DNA of 62,400 nucleotides. Source: a bacterium. GTDB taxonomy: Bacteria > Patescibacteriota > Patescibacteriia > UBA9570. Location of the stretch: NCBI GenBank assembly GCA_030698395.1, contig JAUYKW010000005.1, positions 1-62,400 of the forward strand, written 5' to 3'. The translations under genes and the position numbers were made by a program. Under the pieces are notes generated by a model. That model worked only from the letters and a program-made list of their open reading frames with translations. It was not told the origin of the DNA and searched no databases. Each line of letters begins with the position of its first letter. Position 1 is the stretch's first letter. Of the stretch, positions 62,161 through 62,400 are shown piece after piece.

Positions 62161-62400
62161 ATGAAAAAACAATGTAAAAAATGTTCAATAGAGTTTAACA
62201 TCTCTAACAAGGATAAAGAGTTCTACACCAAAATAAGCGCTCCGGAGCCTTCTATGTGTCCGGATTGTCGGATGCAAAAAAGAATGGCTTATCGTAATGA
62301 GCGTGTTTTGTATCCCTCAACTTGTGGTATGTGTAAAAAAAGCATGTTATCGATGTATAAGGAGGAAGATGGATTTTTAGTTTATTGTTTAGATTGTTGG
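62161..62400 (+). CDS. Cys-rich zinc-ribbon protein, paralog C (3' end outside window)
   Basis: MKKQCKKCSIEFNISNKDKEFYTKISAPEPSMCPDCRMQKRMAYRNERVLYPSTCGMCKKSMLSMY...YCLDCW has the same N-terminal module as paralogs A and B. The ORF is still open at the window end. Confidence 0.65.
   Translation, partial: MKKQCKKCSIEFNISNKDKEFYTKISAPEPSMCPDCRMQKRMAYRNERVLYPSTCGMCKKSMLSMYKEEDGFLVYCLDCW

Overview
This is an AT-rich, very gene-dense bacterial chromosome segment with about 50 protein genes. All intact genes except one minus-strand pair lie on the + strand, and many overlap by 1-50 nt. The genetic code is standard: TGA acts as a stop in ATGA overlaps at 15387 and 21938.

Gene order:
- Tail of a histidine kinase.
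- Lower glycolysis: pgk, eno and two tandem iPGM paralogs. This run is split by a minus-strand pair encoding a 901-aa acidic orphan protein.
- A pentose/cofactor block: PfkB kinase, ribD, ribBA, NAD(P)HX dehydratase, prs.
- EI24-like membrane protein, HD protein, Nudix, degenerate Nudix, recJ, a membrane-fused spermidine-synthase-like protein, rnhA.
- RNase P RNA with its own promoter and 3' hairpin.
- An ~11.5-kb surface-glycan block: priming sugar transferase, three GT4 enzymes, a short Wzz-like protein, a DUF4012-like protein, murJ and a GT-C enzyme.
- lepA.
- A cell-wall block: FG-GAP propeller protein, ftsW, murG, FolC-like ligase, murC, murB.
- A decayed HUH (IS200/RayT-like) transposase remnant with a perfect palindrome.
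- hpf and secA.
- Two tandem FG-GAP-propeller/L,D-transpeptidase fusions separated by a GC-rich spacer.
- secD (carrying an embedded parvulin-like domain) and secF.
- A ~10-kb tightly packed operon: sigma-region-4/HARE-HTH protein, membrane protein, TM-less TraD/VirD4-like P-loop ATPase, two large Cys-rich zinc-ribbon paralogs, a lipoprotein and a GNAT-like protein. A third Cys-rich paralog follows under its own promoter.

The style and content fit a reduced-genome Patescibacteria/CPR-like organism; this is an inference. I found no CRISPR array, tRNA, rRNA or intact mobile element. The best candidate for an undescribed system is the 52.1-62.4 kb operon. Secondary candidates are the SecD-parvulin fusion, the propeller-LDT pair with its GC-rich spacer, and pervasive leaderless-type promoters.

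All homology calls were made by eye from motifs in the supplied translations; no searches were run.
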